A stretch of 63,970 nt of DNA, filler included, from Squatina squatina (GCA_031763465.1; 3 parts of 3 records of this genome joined end to end with filler, not necessarily neighbours in it), one strand, 5' to 3'. Positions 12,970 to 25,240 are shown, numbered from the whole stretch's first letter. Made by a program: numbers and translations. Notes: generated from the letters alone by a model not told the origin.

Positions 12970-13200
12970 ATCCATTGACTCATTACTTCACTGCACATTC
13001 TCCACTGATTCACAAAGGCAGGGGGAGTCAAGAGTGAGTGAAAAAAGAAAACCGTGTCGGCTGGCAAAAATGGAAACAGAACAGGGAGCCTTTAAGTAAA
13101 CTAAAAGCAAACGCTCACCCACCTCCACGGCCTGCTGATTGGAAATGCCTGGTTTACGGGAAGGGGTAGGGGGAGTGGTCGGAGGGAAGCCCATTTAAGG
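12970..13200 (-). promoter_or_regulatory. Candidate promoter with CArG box, CCAAT box and AP-1 site
   Basis: CCATTTAAGG (13191-13200) fits CC(A/T)6GG; CCAATCAG on the - strand at about 13135-13142; TGACTCA at 12976-12982. Confidence 0.35.
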
Positions 13201-13274
13201 TGGTGGAGGTTCTGAAAGTTGTGGGGGGGGCGCAAGGCCAGAGACGAAGTAGATCAATTAAATTGTGAGCCGAA

Positions 13275-13480
13275 CGTTAGGAAAATTAAAAAGATTCTAG
13301 GAAGATGGAAGCAAAGGTGTTTCAAAGTTGAAGGAGGAGCGGCAATGGTGTCAGCTCTCCTGTTGTCCAAACTACAGTACATGTTGACAGTGGGGGATAT
13401 TCATGGAACAGTGCACCTGAGAGACTTGGCCTTTATGGGAAAGGAAACCAGCCTTGGTTGCTTACAATACCATCACTGGA
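13275..13480 (+). mobile_element. L1/Tx1-clade LINE ORF2 fragment
   Basis: KIKKILGRWKQRCFKVEG..MVSALLLSKLQYML resembles the post-RT W..R.L...G......L.SKL.Y motif. Confidence 0.55.
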
Positions 13481-13484
13481 CAGA

Positions 13485-13570
13485 GAGAATGAAGCGGGGC
13501 AGGTGGAAGGGCACTTAGTGGGAGAACATTTTGGTGGCTGTGATCATAATTCAGTTAGATTTAGTGTAGT
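13485..13570 (+). mobile_element. CR1 endonuclease C-terminal fragment
   Basis: NEAGQVEGHLVGEHFGGCDHNSVRF corresponds to the CR1 APE GEHFGxSDHN motif. Confidence 0.75.
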
Positions 13571-13705
13571 TCCGAACTGCACTACCGGTCGAACTCCAGC
13601 GGAGATGATGCTCGGACACCAAGTGCGTTCTCCCCTATCTGCCTTGAAACCGACCGGTAACTCATACACTCAGCCAACGAAGCCGAACGAGCCCAAATTT
13701 GGCAT
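13571..13705 (+). mobile_element. Gypsy LTR retrotransposon integrase C-terminal fragment
   Basis: PNCTTGRTPAEMMLGHQVRSPLSALKP fits the P..TTG.TPAEL..G..LR..L..L.P motif. Confidence 0.7.
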
Positions 13706-14827
13706 NNNNNNNNNNNNNNNNNNNNNNNNNNNNNNNNNNNNNNNNNNNNNNNNNNNNNNNNNNNNNNNNNNNNNNNNNNNNNNNNNNNNNNNNNNNNNNN
13801 NNNNNATGCTTTGAGGTAAGATAATTAAGTTGGAATGAAGGAATTAATGGAAAGATAGAACATGCAAGTATCTCCATACTGAGGTATTCAAATAACAGGG
13901 CTTTAATAGGCGCTAAAGTTAATAATGTATGAAATGTTAACAAGGATACAAAAGAGCTCAAGAAATGGTTCAATGACCTTAGACTTTAGGTGGACACAAG
14001 TAATGAGGGAAAAGGAGCTGTGGTTGATTAAAATTGTAGCCTTATGTTACCGCAGGGTTCCCAATCAACTGACTTCTGTGATTCAGGTATGTTTATTTAC
14101 AACTAGTCGATCTTCCATGCCATCAGTCAGTTAGACAGAGGCTATAGTGTGTTTTGGTACAGGAGCATTATACCATGTAACACACAATGTAATGTTTTGC
14201 TTCTAAGGAAGAGCTATATTTAACCTCCTTTTGAGGCCATAAACATTGCCTGGTTTCAATTAGAGGTTAAGCACATCCTAAGGTCCATTAGTGGGTTATT
14301 GTTTCTCATTAGATTGACAACTACTTGTAAGCCCCTTGCTCTTCCTGAGGCTGGCAGGACTTGACTGGGTTTCCCTTCACCTTTTTCTACTTAAAAAATG
14401 AGTGATACATAATTCCGCACGTGTCACAATGTGTGATTTCTAAAATGTGACAGATGTGTCTCACAACAAATATCGTTTTTCATTCTAGATCAGCTACAAG
14501 CTAATTGAATGGTGGAGCAAGCGCGAGGTAGTGATTGGCCTATTCCTGGACCCAATGTACCTATTCAATCTAAATAGATATAAGACACATGTGATGTAGG
14601 CTAAACTGATATGAATGACAATACCAGTGATAATTTTTTTGTACAATGAATATTGCCAATAACAGTGCAAGGTCGATTGTTTTCTCATCTACATATAACA
14701 AGGGCTCTGTGTCAAAAATAGGAGATANNNNNNNNNNNNNNNNNNNNNNNNNNNNNNNNNNNNNNNNNNNNNNNNNNNNNNNNNNNNNNNNNNNNNNNNN
14801 NNNNNNNNNNNNNNNNNNNNNNNNNNN

Positions 14828-15162
14828 GGGTGTGTTTGTGAATGTGTGTGTGTGTATGTGTGCATGCATTTTTGTGTGTGTGAGTGTGTGTGTATGTGTG
14901 GGTGGTGTGTGTGTTTGTGTGTGTGCGAGCGTGCATGTTTTTGTGTGGAGTGTGTGTGTGTGTGAGTGTGTGTGTTTATATGTGTATGTGAGTATGTATG
15001 TGCATACCTGTGTGTGTATGTATGTGTGTGCATGTGTGTGAATATGCGGATGCGCGCGCGTGTGTATACGCGCATGTGTGTATACGTGTGTGTGTATACG
15101 CGTGTCTGTGTATACGCGTGTTTGTGTGAGTACATGTATGCGTGTGTGTGTATACGTATATA
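14828..15162. repeat. Degenerate (TG)n / alternating purine-pyrimidine microsatellite
   Basis: Directly visible TG, TA and CG alternations over about 330 bp. Confidence 0.97.
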
Positions 15163-17439
15163 TCCAAAAGTCACATAAACAGTCATTAGGAATTTTAAAA
15201 TATATATAAATGTGTTCTCAAATAGTGACATTAATTCCTTTTAGACTTCTGATGTACAGAAACCAGTTCCTCTTTTTTTTATCCTATCGGCCTGGATAGG
15301 TTTATTTTACTTTGTTCTTTAGTTCAGTTTCCTGCCTGGGACTGACACCAATAGGCTGTATCTAGGTCAGTGCGGTACATCTTGTCAGGAAAGGTGGAGC
15401 TAACTGAGTGCTAAAGGCAATATGTCTAATGCTATTTTGTTTAAAGGTGCAATGATGCATATAGAACACCGATCATTTGAATGTCAAAGCCTGAAAAGCT
15501 CATGTCAGCTAACAGCTTAAAATGACCTTTGTCACAAATTTACAAAGCCTCATCCACCATGCTGGGGCACAGTCTCAATATTGTAAGATGAAAATGTAGG
15601 TTTTGCATCACAACCTGATTCTTTGCAGAAGAGAAGAATTTCTCAGAACTTCAACATTGCATTTGCAGTAAATACCTGCATTATTTCTGAGTAATTGCTT
15701 TCCAATCAGTAGTTGCTTTCGTGCTATTGNNNNNNNNNNNNNNNNNNNNNNNNNNNNNNNNNNNNNNNNNNNNNNNNNNNNNNNNNNNNNNNNNNNNNNN
15801 NNNNNNNNNNNNNNNNNNNNNNNNNNNNNAGCACGCAACGTGCTGACGCGGCACTTTGGACGCCAATGACTTGGCGCTGAAGCCACACCACCGGCACCCG
15901 AGTCCTGCCACCCCAGGTGTGTCCGGGTGCGCGCTGTGTCCCACAGGTGCCCCGGAGCACTGAATTCCGGGAGGGGCGGAGCAGGGTGGGCGCCAGCGAG
16001 GGAAATGCCGGCACCGCCCCGTACATGTTTTAAATGTGTCACACCTCAATTTCGGTCACCTCCAGTCTGAAAACAAATTGGGTAATTTTCACTCCTGTGG
16101 CATCAAAGCACTGGTGGCATTGGATGTGGTGCCCAATATATACACTCTGCCCAATTTTCTTTTCCATCAAACAGGATATGTGCGGCAGAGCTGTGGATAA
16201 TTTGATGTTTATGGAGGGTGCAGAATGCAAGGTCAGCAAGAAGAGAGTCAAATCTGGAGGTGCCTAAGGGTTTCAGTGGCAGAGGGACTAAGATGGAGAG
16301 GAGAAGGCAATATTACAGGGGAGAGAGAGAAGGGTGAAGCCCATTCCCCTCGCTGTCTCACAGCCACTTCAATAATAACAATGTAGGGTTAAATTGCTTG
16401 CTGATTTTTTTCTTTCTCCACACATACATCCAGCTCTCTGTGGAAATATCTTTCCGATGGTTAATGATTCTTGTACCTACTTGACAGATTTGACTCACAA
16501 CACAAGAGCTGTTCCAATTCCAGCCCTTTAATTAAAGCTTTCATTCATTTATAGATTCTTTCTGGAGCCAGAGCACATAATGATTCTCCCTGGGTTTCTT
16601 TCTCACTTTTTGCTAGAATTAATTGTGAATTATTGGCTCAGGACATCAGGATGCATTTGACACCTTAAGGGTATTTGTAGCCTTTGCTGCAAAATTATAT
16701 ATCTATAAGTGAAATCAATTAAGGGCAGAGTTGGATATATTGGCCTGGAATTTCCTGGAAACCTGAGCCATTACAGCATGCACAATTATTCCAATGTACA
16801 AGCTCCAGGAAGTAATTATTTACAATGCACCATAATTTTCTGGGACAGATACCCTCGCCGAGTCTGAGAAAAGGCTGTTATCACAGCTCTGCCTGCCATT
16901 ACAGTCAATGGTGATTGCGAATTTTCTCGCCGCAGTCACTTAGACTGAAAAATAATGGTGCAGGTGACCTGATATTGATGTGACTTATGGCCCTCACATG
17001 ACTCTTAACCTTGGAGGACAACAGCGGCCACTAAACCCGTGGAGCCTCATCCTTGCAGTCTGATTTTCTTTTCTGATTCTTTCAGTTTTGGCAGTTTTGC
17101 CATCAAGATTCCAGTGAGTGAGTGAATGACGACAATACCTTTAGTGCCCCTACCCTTAATTATGTGTTGAGAAGGCGAAAGGATTTCAATGGTTTCTCTG
17201 CTAGCGGTTANNNNNNNNNNNNNNNNNNNNNNNNNNNNNNNNNNNNNNNNNNNNNNNNNNNNNNNNNNNNNNNNNNNNNNNNNNNNNNNNNNNNNNNNNN
17301 NNNNNNNNNNACAAACCCTCCTCACCCACCAACGATCTATGATTTGACTGACCTAAGCATTGTTTGTGTCTCCAGAATGAACCCCTTGTTCAGGCTGAAG
17401 TTGGCCTGACACTTGATAGCAGCTCCTTAGATCCGTTCC

Positions 17440-17650
17440 ACAATTCACCTGCTGAAGTAAACTAATATAATCAGTACTAAGTAAGTGCCCTTTAGCGCTA
17501 AAATTAGGATGGTTTTTAAAGCTGTCTGAGATTTTTTCAAAGTGTCAAATTGCCAGCCTTAAAACTAAATTTCAAAGATCTGAGCTTCACGCTCCCCAAT
17601 TTGTCCCTTAGCGCCAGTAACTCAGGGCAATCTAATTGGCTGCCCCATGT
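17440..17650 (-). mobile_element. Subterminal region of a Harbinger-type DNA transposon
   Basis: Clearly homologous to 25050-25240, which lies upstream of the Myb/SANT ORF at 24656-24898. Confidence 0.65.
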
Positions 17651-18325
17651 CTATTGTTGCTTTGTCAATGGTGGGATTGTTATCAATGTCATTATGTTAT
17701 GTTCATACATGAGTGTGGAAGTTATGTTTTTGCACGTGTATTACTGCACATTGTAGCATCACATTTTACTTGCTAGAATCCCACATACTGAGATACATAA
17801 GATAAACAAGCTGGCACTGCAGAACATCCATATGTCAGGAAGGATCACGGTGCTGCCAATTCTCCTCCATGGTACTTTAAATTTGACATTAAACTGTATC
17901 TTTCACTAATACCCTCAATGCACTAGATGACATTTCAAATCCTGGGAATCCAAGAAGGACTGAGGAAATATTTATTGCAGGGTCATATTCAGTGATGCTG
18001 AGGCTTTAACTACCAGAGTCTAGTTCACTTGACATCTTTACCGATCTCTTTGTAGCCCTGTGCTTTAGGAAAAAACTAAGCCAAATTTAAGGGGCAGCTG
18101 CACTCAATTATTTTGCTAAATATTATTAAAAAATAAAACAAATAGGGCAATTATCATCCTCTCTTTGTTCCATGAGGTGAATTTGATTGCTAAAGACAGA
18201 TTCTTGCCATCAACACTCCTCTAAAATGCAGTTACTAAGAACTGGAACTAGCATTCTTTTTCCCTACTGCATTTGTTCGTTTTTTTTAAAAAGTAATTAG
18301 CCAATGCTGATCAAATGGAAGAGAA

Positions 18326-18396
18326 TAGAAACATAGAAACATAGAAAATAGGTGCAGGAGTAGGCCATTAGGCCCTTCGAGCCTGCACCGCCATTC
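18326..18396 (-). mobile_element. CR1-type 3' terminus with (TTCTATGT)n tail
   Basis: Same tail as 10863-10933. Confidence 0.85.
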
Positions 18397-18882
18397 NNNN
18401 NNNNNNNNNNNNNNNNNNNNNNNNNNNNNNNNNNNNNNNNNNNNNNNNNNNNNNNNNNNNNNNNNNNNNNNNNNNNNNNNNNNNNNNNNNNNNNNNCCAT
18501 CCTTCTCTCCCCCTCACTCTAACATTCTTTGACTTCTTTCACTCCTCTCTCCCTCTCCCTCTCCCCCCCACTTCCATTTGCCTCCTCTCCTCTCCCCCGC
18601 CTTGGTTCACTTACTCCCATCCTCTAACTCTGCATGACCTGGACGGTGCAACACCATGGGAGATCGAGGTCCACCGGTATATATAGAAAACTAAAGAGAT
18701 CCTGGCACAAGTTCTTGGGGCATGCCACTGCCCACGCCATTTTAATATTTAAATGTATCTATTTTCCCCAACTCTTCTTTCTGCCCCCAAATTATCTCTC
18801 GATCTATGTGGCTGCATTCCCTTTTAATAATATTGCACCTTAATTTTCATTCTGATACAAAGTTTTGCATCCCTTGAGAAGG

Positions 18883-19022
18883 TCACCTCCAACAATGCAG
18901 CACTCCTACAGTACTGCACTGAAAATGCCAGCCTCGATTTTGTGCTCAGGTCCTGGAGTGCAACTTGGAATCAGAATTGTCTGATTCAGAAGGCACAATG
19001 GTACCAGCTGTGTCAAGCTGAC
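18883..19022 (-). mobile_element. Deu-domain SINE 5' part
   Basis: Reverse strand reads cagtgcagtactgtaggagtgctgcattgttggaggtgac, matching the recalled SINE body cagtgcagtactgagggagtgctgcactgtcggaggtgcc. Confidence 0.7.
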
Positions 19023-19689
19023 GTAAATTCAGTTCTTTAAACAATAAAACAGCCCTCAGCTCAACTGTAAATAGATCTAAATAGGCAGAACTCAGAAACA
19101 CAGCAATACCTTCAAATTAGAGCAATTTAGATTCAGCAGCTTCAGAACTCATCCCTATCCATCAGAAACCTTCATCCTGTGTGCCTGCATCCACAGGAAA
19201 TGCTGATCTAGTTTAACCTGTGCCTATTCTTAGTACTACACTTTCTCCTTTATTCATGATTATCCGCCAATTTGTCCCGCTGTTGTTACACTTCTGCTGA
19301 TCCTCCCTCAATGCCCAGTTATTCAGCGATATCAGTCTGCANNNNNNNNNNNNNNNNNNNNNNNNNNNNNNNNNNNNNNNNNNNNNNNNNNNNNNNNNNN
19401 NNNNNNNNNNNNNNNNNNNNNNNNNNNNNNNNNNNNNNNNNCACCCATGGCACTGCTTACATCAAAGAGCAAAATACCTTTCAAATTAGTGAAGCATTTG
19501 GAAAAGTTAAAGTTCAGTCAAGTTATTCTTACTCTGCTGCGGCTAATGCATCTGCAACTGCCATTTCACACACTCCTCCTCCTCTTCCTCGCTGCCCTGT
19601 CAGCGACTGACCTTTTTATATTAAACAAAAATGGCACTAGGTCAGGGGCCACCTCTGCAGTGACAGCTTTTCCTGTCGCTGCTTACCCC

Positions 19690-19958
19690 AGGCGACCTCT
19701 GCGTTTTCTGCAGTGAATTTAGTGCCGGCTCACTCAGAGGGCGTTGCGCACGATGATGACGTCACCATCACCGTGCGCCGCCGAAAAGGGCGTTGCACTG
19801 GTCCGCGGAGGCGTCTCCTGTGGACTCCTCCACAAAGCGGGCCGGGACTCTCCCGCTAGGCGGCAGATCTGCCGCCAACGTGAAAAATCGTCTTTGTGCT
19901 CCAATAGCGACTATGTCCGGTGAGATACGTGCGCTAAAAGTCAGCGAATTTTGGCCCC
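19690..19958. mobile_element. GC/CpG-rich MITE-like end (Harbinger-type terminus)
   Basis: Ends in gcgaattttggcccc-ta; similar termini occur at about 7412-7430, 33628 and 45596. Confidence 0.45.
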
Positions 19959-21288
19959 TAGCTTTTTCTGGGCAGTAACATCGAGCAGATCACTCACTCA
20001 CCAATTATAGAACCCATGCCATTTTAATTTCTGTTGAAATCAATAGAAAAAAAAATTGGGCAAGTTGTAAAATGGGTGGGAAATCCACTCTACCAGTTTA
20101 CTGCCCAAGCATTGAATGTAAAAATTACCCCCAATAAATGTAATTTATTCACCCCCTTACCTGTAATTTGTTATTATTTTGTTTCTTTTCAGAGAAGTCC
20201 TTCCAAGAATCCATGAAGCCAGTCATACCAATTGGGAATAAATAATGTAAATTATGTCCAGAAGAGGAACTCTTACAGTGTGCATGCGATTTCTGGCACA
20301 AGTTAGAGACTAACTGAGAACCAGGTTTGCTAAATCTACCTTTGATTGATTGAAAGGGCTTTCAGTTGTCCCTGCCCCACTCTTCAGAATTACCCTCCCA
20401 AGATCTTTGCATTGCTACTTCTCTCCATCTTCAAAAGCCTTCTTTGACCTTCCCTTTGGTCACCACCCCTCAAACTTTCAACTTTTCCTCAGTTGTCCAA
20501 ATTTTTCCCCATTCTCCTTATGAAGCACTTTGGGGTGACTTGCTGCATTAAGGTTGCTAAGTTCATTTAGTTGTTCTAATCAAATGAGCTGAATACTTTT
20601 TCATGAATACCATGCCTCTTTAAAAGTTTCTTGGCTCTTGTCACATAACTAACACAAGATATCAAGAAAATAAATTTGAGATTAAGTTTCATATTAAACC
20701 CTTCTTTAAATGTCTATAACCTATACAAAAACCAACCTCAATTGTGCTTTTCCAGTGGTGTGTGTTCTTAGACACTGCTTCCTCTTGAGGAGACAGGAGC
20801 TGATGGCTTCATTACAGCCTGTACAGTAAATGCCACCATTAACATAATGATGAATACATAATATAATAGATGGTTGGCAATGAGCTGCAAGGCAATAATT
20901 CAGTTGAGGGTTCCTGACAATTTTATTGATTGAGAATGAAGCTCCAAGATTGGATTTCTGCCTTAATGTCACAGCCAGACAGTTATTCTTTTTAATACTG
21001 GTATCGAGAGAAGTTTTTTTTTAAAACTTTAAAATAACATTTATTTTAACCGTTACACTGTGCCAAAATGTAGATGAAGGAAAATAGTGATGCAGAACCC
21101 AAAGATATCTGAGATCATATGGTAGGTGTTACCCTAATACACGGACCTGTAATTTTTCTCCAGCAGATGAAGAAATAAATTGTATATCNNNNNNNNNNNN
21201 NNNNNNNNNNNNNNNNNNNNNNNNNNNNNNNNNNNNNNNNNNNNNNNNNNNNNNNNNNNNNNNNNNNNNNNNNNNNNNNNNNNNNNNN

Positions 21289-21512
21289 GAGCAGCCGAAG
21301 GAGTCATGTGACAGCGCCGTCCAATGAGCGCTCTCTGCTGAGCCGGAGTGGGCTGTGTTGTTTGCCCATTGCTGTGTGACAGCGCGCGGCCGTCGCTAAG
21401 TTACAGCAACCGGCCGCGTTCGAATCCCGGTCAACGTTCCAAACATGCCTGTCGTGGCGGCGACAGCAGCCGCCGCGATCAGATTACAATAACCATATTC
21501 CGGCAGGTACGT
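21289..21512 (+). promoter_or_regulatory. CpG-island promoter and probable non-coding first exon with uORF
   Basis: GTCATGTGAC extended E-box (21303-21312), CCAAT (21321), high CpG content, 15-aa uORF (21445-21492) and donor CAG|GTACGT at 21506/21507. Confidence 0.55.
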
Positions 21513-22454
21513 GGACTTTTGTAGTTTTAAATGCGGGCTTCGATGTTTTTGCGAAGGTCCACGTTCTGAGCACTCAGCAAAATAAGGTGACGGCACTGAA
21601 ACTTGTGTCGGGTGGAAATATACTTCCATTGTGCAACAAATGAGATGGACTTGTTGCTAAACAGAGTCAGTCAACGCTCATGAGGCACGACTGCTTGAAA
21701 CTCACACTGAAAGGCTTCTAAAACCCTGCAAATGCGGAGATTAAAATCGAAATTAATGATCTGTGGTGTTTCAGNNNNNNNNNNGATGAAAATAAAAAAA
21801 CTGTTGAACTTTTTGTTCCTTTTTTTTGAATGAGTTTTTGCTGTGAGCATTGTTATGACTTGTATTCCGGTCCCATAGCATTAGTGTGATCAGTACCTGC
21901 CTAAATCATGTTCTCACTTTTGTGGACACCCTAATCATTTTGCATTAGTGTAAAAATGGCAGTATGACTGCATTTTAATATAATTAACGCATCAGAACCG
22001 AGTTGCCTGTATTCTACAGCAGTTAAACGGACCATCCAGCTGGCATTTGTCACATGCTTCTGTTCCACTTTATTTGCTTAGGTCACAGTGCTAGGCTCCC
22101 AGTGGTAGAATAACTGTTGTATCTAGGATATCACTGGAAAAAGATGGGATCCAGCAAATAAAAATGTATTTGCCTGTATTAATGCGGAAAGCATTTAAAT
22201 ATTGATGAGCTGCCTTGTAACTTTTTACTGGCCTGCTGCCAATGTTCTTGCACACAAAGCAAATGAATATATTTTTGCTTTTGTGTGCTTGCGGTTTTAT
22301 TGTCCCATCATATTTTATTTAAATATTATTTGTTTAGCATTTCATTTTACAGAANNNNNNNNNNNNNNNNNNNNNNNNNNNNNNNNNNNNNNNNNNNNNN
22401 NNNNNNNNNNNNNNNNNNNNNNNNNNNNNNNNNNNNNNNNNNNNNNNNNNNNNN

Positions 22455-22577
22455 ACTATGTTCATAGTGTGTATGAGAAGATTGCCCCTCATTTCAATGA
22501 TACTCGTTATAAGGCCTGGCCCCGAGTACGTCAGTTTCTGCTGGAACAAGAACCTGGCAGTCTCATTGCTGATGTTG
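22455..22577 (+). CDS. TRMT9B: Probable tRNA methyltransferase 9B family, first coding exon (5' truncated by gap)
   Basis: YVHSVYEKIAPHFNDTRYKAWPRVRQFLLEQEPGSLIADVG matches TRMT9B KAWPRVRQFL.EQ.PGSLIADIG. Phase-1 donor G|GTTAGT. Ortholog versus paralog is unresolved. Confidence 0.82.
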
Positions 22578-23182
22578 GTTAGTATATCGTCCAGTTGCTA
22601 ACCTGTTTTAAGCAATAAGATGTTTTTGAGTCAGAAGGTAGCTGCTGTTTGACTTAAGTGCTGAGAGAGCTTTAAATGTTATTACCCATCTCTTCTGAGT
22701 GCTTATTTCCATCTCGCAGTAATGTAAAAACAGCCTGCTGTAATTAAGGTTTTCTTCCCTCAGGTGGTTATTGCATAACAAGAGCATTATGCAACACCTT
22801 CAGCTCAACACCTTCAATACTGAAGCAATCCTGTTCAGCTCCCATCAGAAAATGCTGTCTCAGGCACCGATTCTAATCCCCTTTGCTAGCCTGACTGCTA
22901 GCCTTATGATTTACTTACCCTTGAGCTCAGCTTCAAATGCCACATCCTTACAACTGAACCACTCGGCTCAGACACTGCTCAATTCATCACACCCTGTTCA
23001 CTCACCTACCAACAATTTCTATCAATCACAACTCATTCTTCATATTCCTAGCTTCATCTCACCCTCACACACTTAGCACTGCTGCGAGCCTCACAGCCAC
23101 ATCTCTCAGCTTGCAGATGTTGCCAGCTATTCAACCAGGCATATCACCCAAAGACATTGCAACACACTCACTTACACACTTC

Positions 23183-23282
23183 NNNNNNNNNNNNNNNNNN
23201 NNNNNNNNNNNNNNNNNNNNNNNNNNTTAATTAATTAANNNNNNNNNNNNNNNNNNNNNNNNNNNNNNNNNNNNNNNNNNNN
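23183..23282. other. Artificial scaffold linker 44N-TTAATTAATTAA-44N
   Basis: A 12-mer with stops in all six frames, centred in an exactly 100-nt spacer and repeated at 51145-51244. Confidence 0.95.
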
Positions 23283-24655
23283 ACATTTACAGGTCATTGT
23301 GAGCTGATGACCTAGTGACTAATGGGTGATAATTTTTAAGTGCCGCTTCAAAGTAGAGGCATATCCATTTACAGCTCCTTTCTTTTTCTGAATCGGTGCT
23401 TCAGATTTACTGTAACAGTCCAGATACGTGGGCACTTGAGATTAAAGTTTTTGAGCATTGCTGTTCAAATTAAAAAAAAAATTGGAATCGAAGCGGTTGG
23501 CGTAATATTCTGAATCTAGCATTGGAGTTTGTTTTCCGCTGGTGATAATACTAGTGTAGAATAGTGACACGTTTTGACCATTTAATTTAAATTGCACAGT
23601 ATATACACAATATGTGTTTCTGCAGGTCCAAGCCAAAGGAATTATAAAACAATGCTGCGCAGTCTTGCCAGTCTGTTTTCTTAGAATCATTTCTGTTTAA
23701 AAGCACCTTTTTACCAACCACTGTACTTTAAAAGGATAAAAGTGAAGAGAAGTTTTATATGTGACCACACTCAATATTTTTGCAATGTTTAACTGGAATA
23801 ATTGATTTACAGCTGTTTATTTTTCCTGCTGGTTTTCTCCTCATCCCAACCCTCCTGGAAGGCTGGTACATGGTATCATGGATACCAGTTGCCCTCTGGT
23901 ACTTTGCTCAGGTCATTGGTCATTGTTCCTGCATGAGCCTTGATGGAGCTGGAAGGCACTTCAACTCTGGAGGGCACCACAGTCAAACCCAATCCTGGCC
24001 ACACCCATTGTCCACACAGGGGTCTTTTGGGAACATCAATCAGGAACAGGGACCCTGGCCAGTTTTCCTCTCCCCAACCCAGGACGCTGAGGCCTTACCG
24101 TAGCCATGGCTGATGTGAATTAACTCCGTGCAGGCTGGGGATTCAGCCTGGGACAGTTTGGTCTGTACGGTTCAGTGGCTCGATTATAAATGAGCTGAGC
24201 TGATAAGTTTGAAAAAATAATTTAAAAGGAGCAGGGACTTGGTACTGTGTGAAAGGCTTTCATTCTTACTCCTATTTTTATACATATATACCATTTTTTA
24301 ATGTAGTTTAACTGCTTTATATATAGAAACTGTTAAATTCAGGGCAGTTAACTTACAGTTGTGAAATTTAGATTGCGTGCCGCTCGTGAAGCAAGACTTT
24401 CAACAGCTCTCAGTTAGAAAGTGAACTAAAGCTTACTGCAGGATGTCTGGGNNNNNNNNNNNNNNNNNNNNNNNNNNNNNNNNNNNNNNNNNNNNNNNNN
24501 NNNNNNNNNNNNNNNNNNNNNNNNNNNNNNNNNNNNNNNNNNNNNNNNNNNCAGAGTCCCTGCGTAAGCAGCTCTTCCACTGTGTAAGGACTATGGAATT
24601 GTACAAAAGAGAAAACTCCCGATGAGGCGGCCATTGTTACAAGACTTGCACTCAT

Positions 24656-25240
24656 CTTCACAATCCGCGTGAGATCATTAAATTTCTTCCGACACTGATC
24701 ACCATTCCTGGGAGTCACATCGGTCTAAGCCACTTCAGTGGCTATGTCCCTCCAGTCTCACCTTATCACCTTAGCAGTCCCCCGTCTGACCACAGGAAAG
24801 AGGTTTGCAGCCCTCCTGTCAACTGTGTCAACGAGTGCCTCAAGTGCTTCCTCCGTGAAGCGGGGTGCCCCGACTCTGTCTCTGTCTCTCGGTGCCATTT
24901 CGTCCTCTATTCAGCACTATTGGGATTATTAGTTTTCTCACCTCCTCCACCAAGACAGACCTAAGCAGTGGTTGGGTATGGGAAAGGCCCCCTTAAGTAT
25001 TGATGTGGGCTGATAGTTGATTGGAATCAGTTAGGCCTATTGAGCAATTGGACTGGTGAAATGAACTAAGATAATCAGTGCTAAGTAGGGGCCCTTTAGT
25101 GCTGAAATTAGCACATTTTTTAATTCTGAGGTTTTTTCAAATTGCAGGCCTTAAAGTGAAATTTCAAAGACTTGAACTTTGCGCTCCCCAATTCGCCCCT
25201 TAGCGCCACAAACTCGGCAATTTAATTGGGCGCCCAAAAT
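24656..25240 (-). mobile_element. PIF/Harbinger transposon remnant with Myb/SANT-like DNA-binding ORF (pseudogenised)
   Basis: 24898-24656 translates MAPRDRDRVGAPRFTEEALEALVDTVDRRAANLFP..*DWRDIATEVA*TDVTPRNGDQCRKKFNDLTRIVK, with two in-frame stops. Confidence 0.82.

Noticed and set aside
14646-15231. VC- and HT-rich ORFs
   Set aside because: Translations of the TG microsatellite.
21395-21440. tRNA gene suggested by GTTCGAATCC
   Set aside because: No convincing A box, cloverleaf or acceptor stem; kept only as a B-box-like motif.
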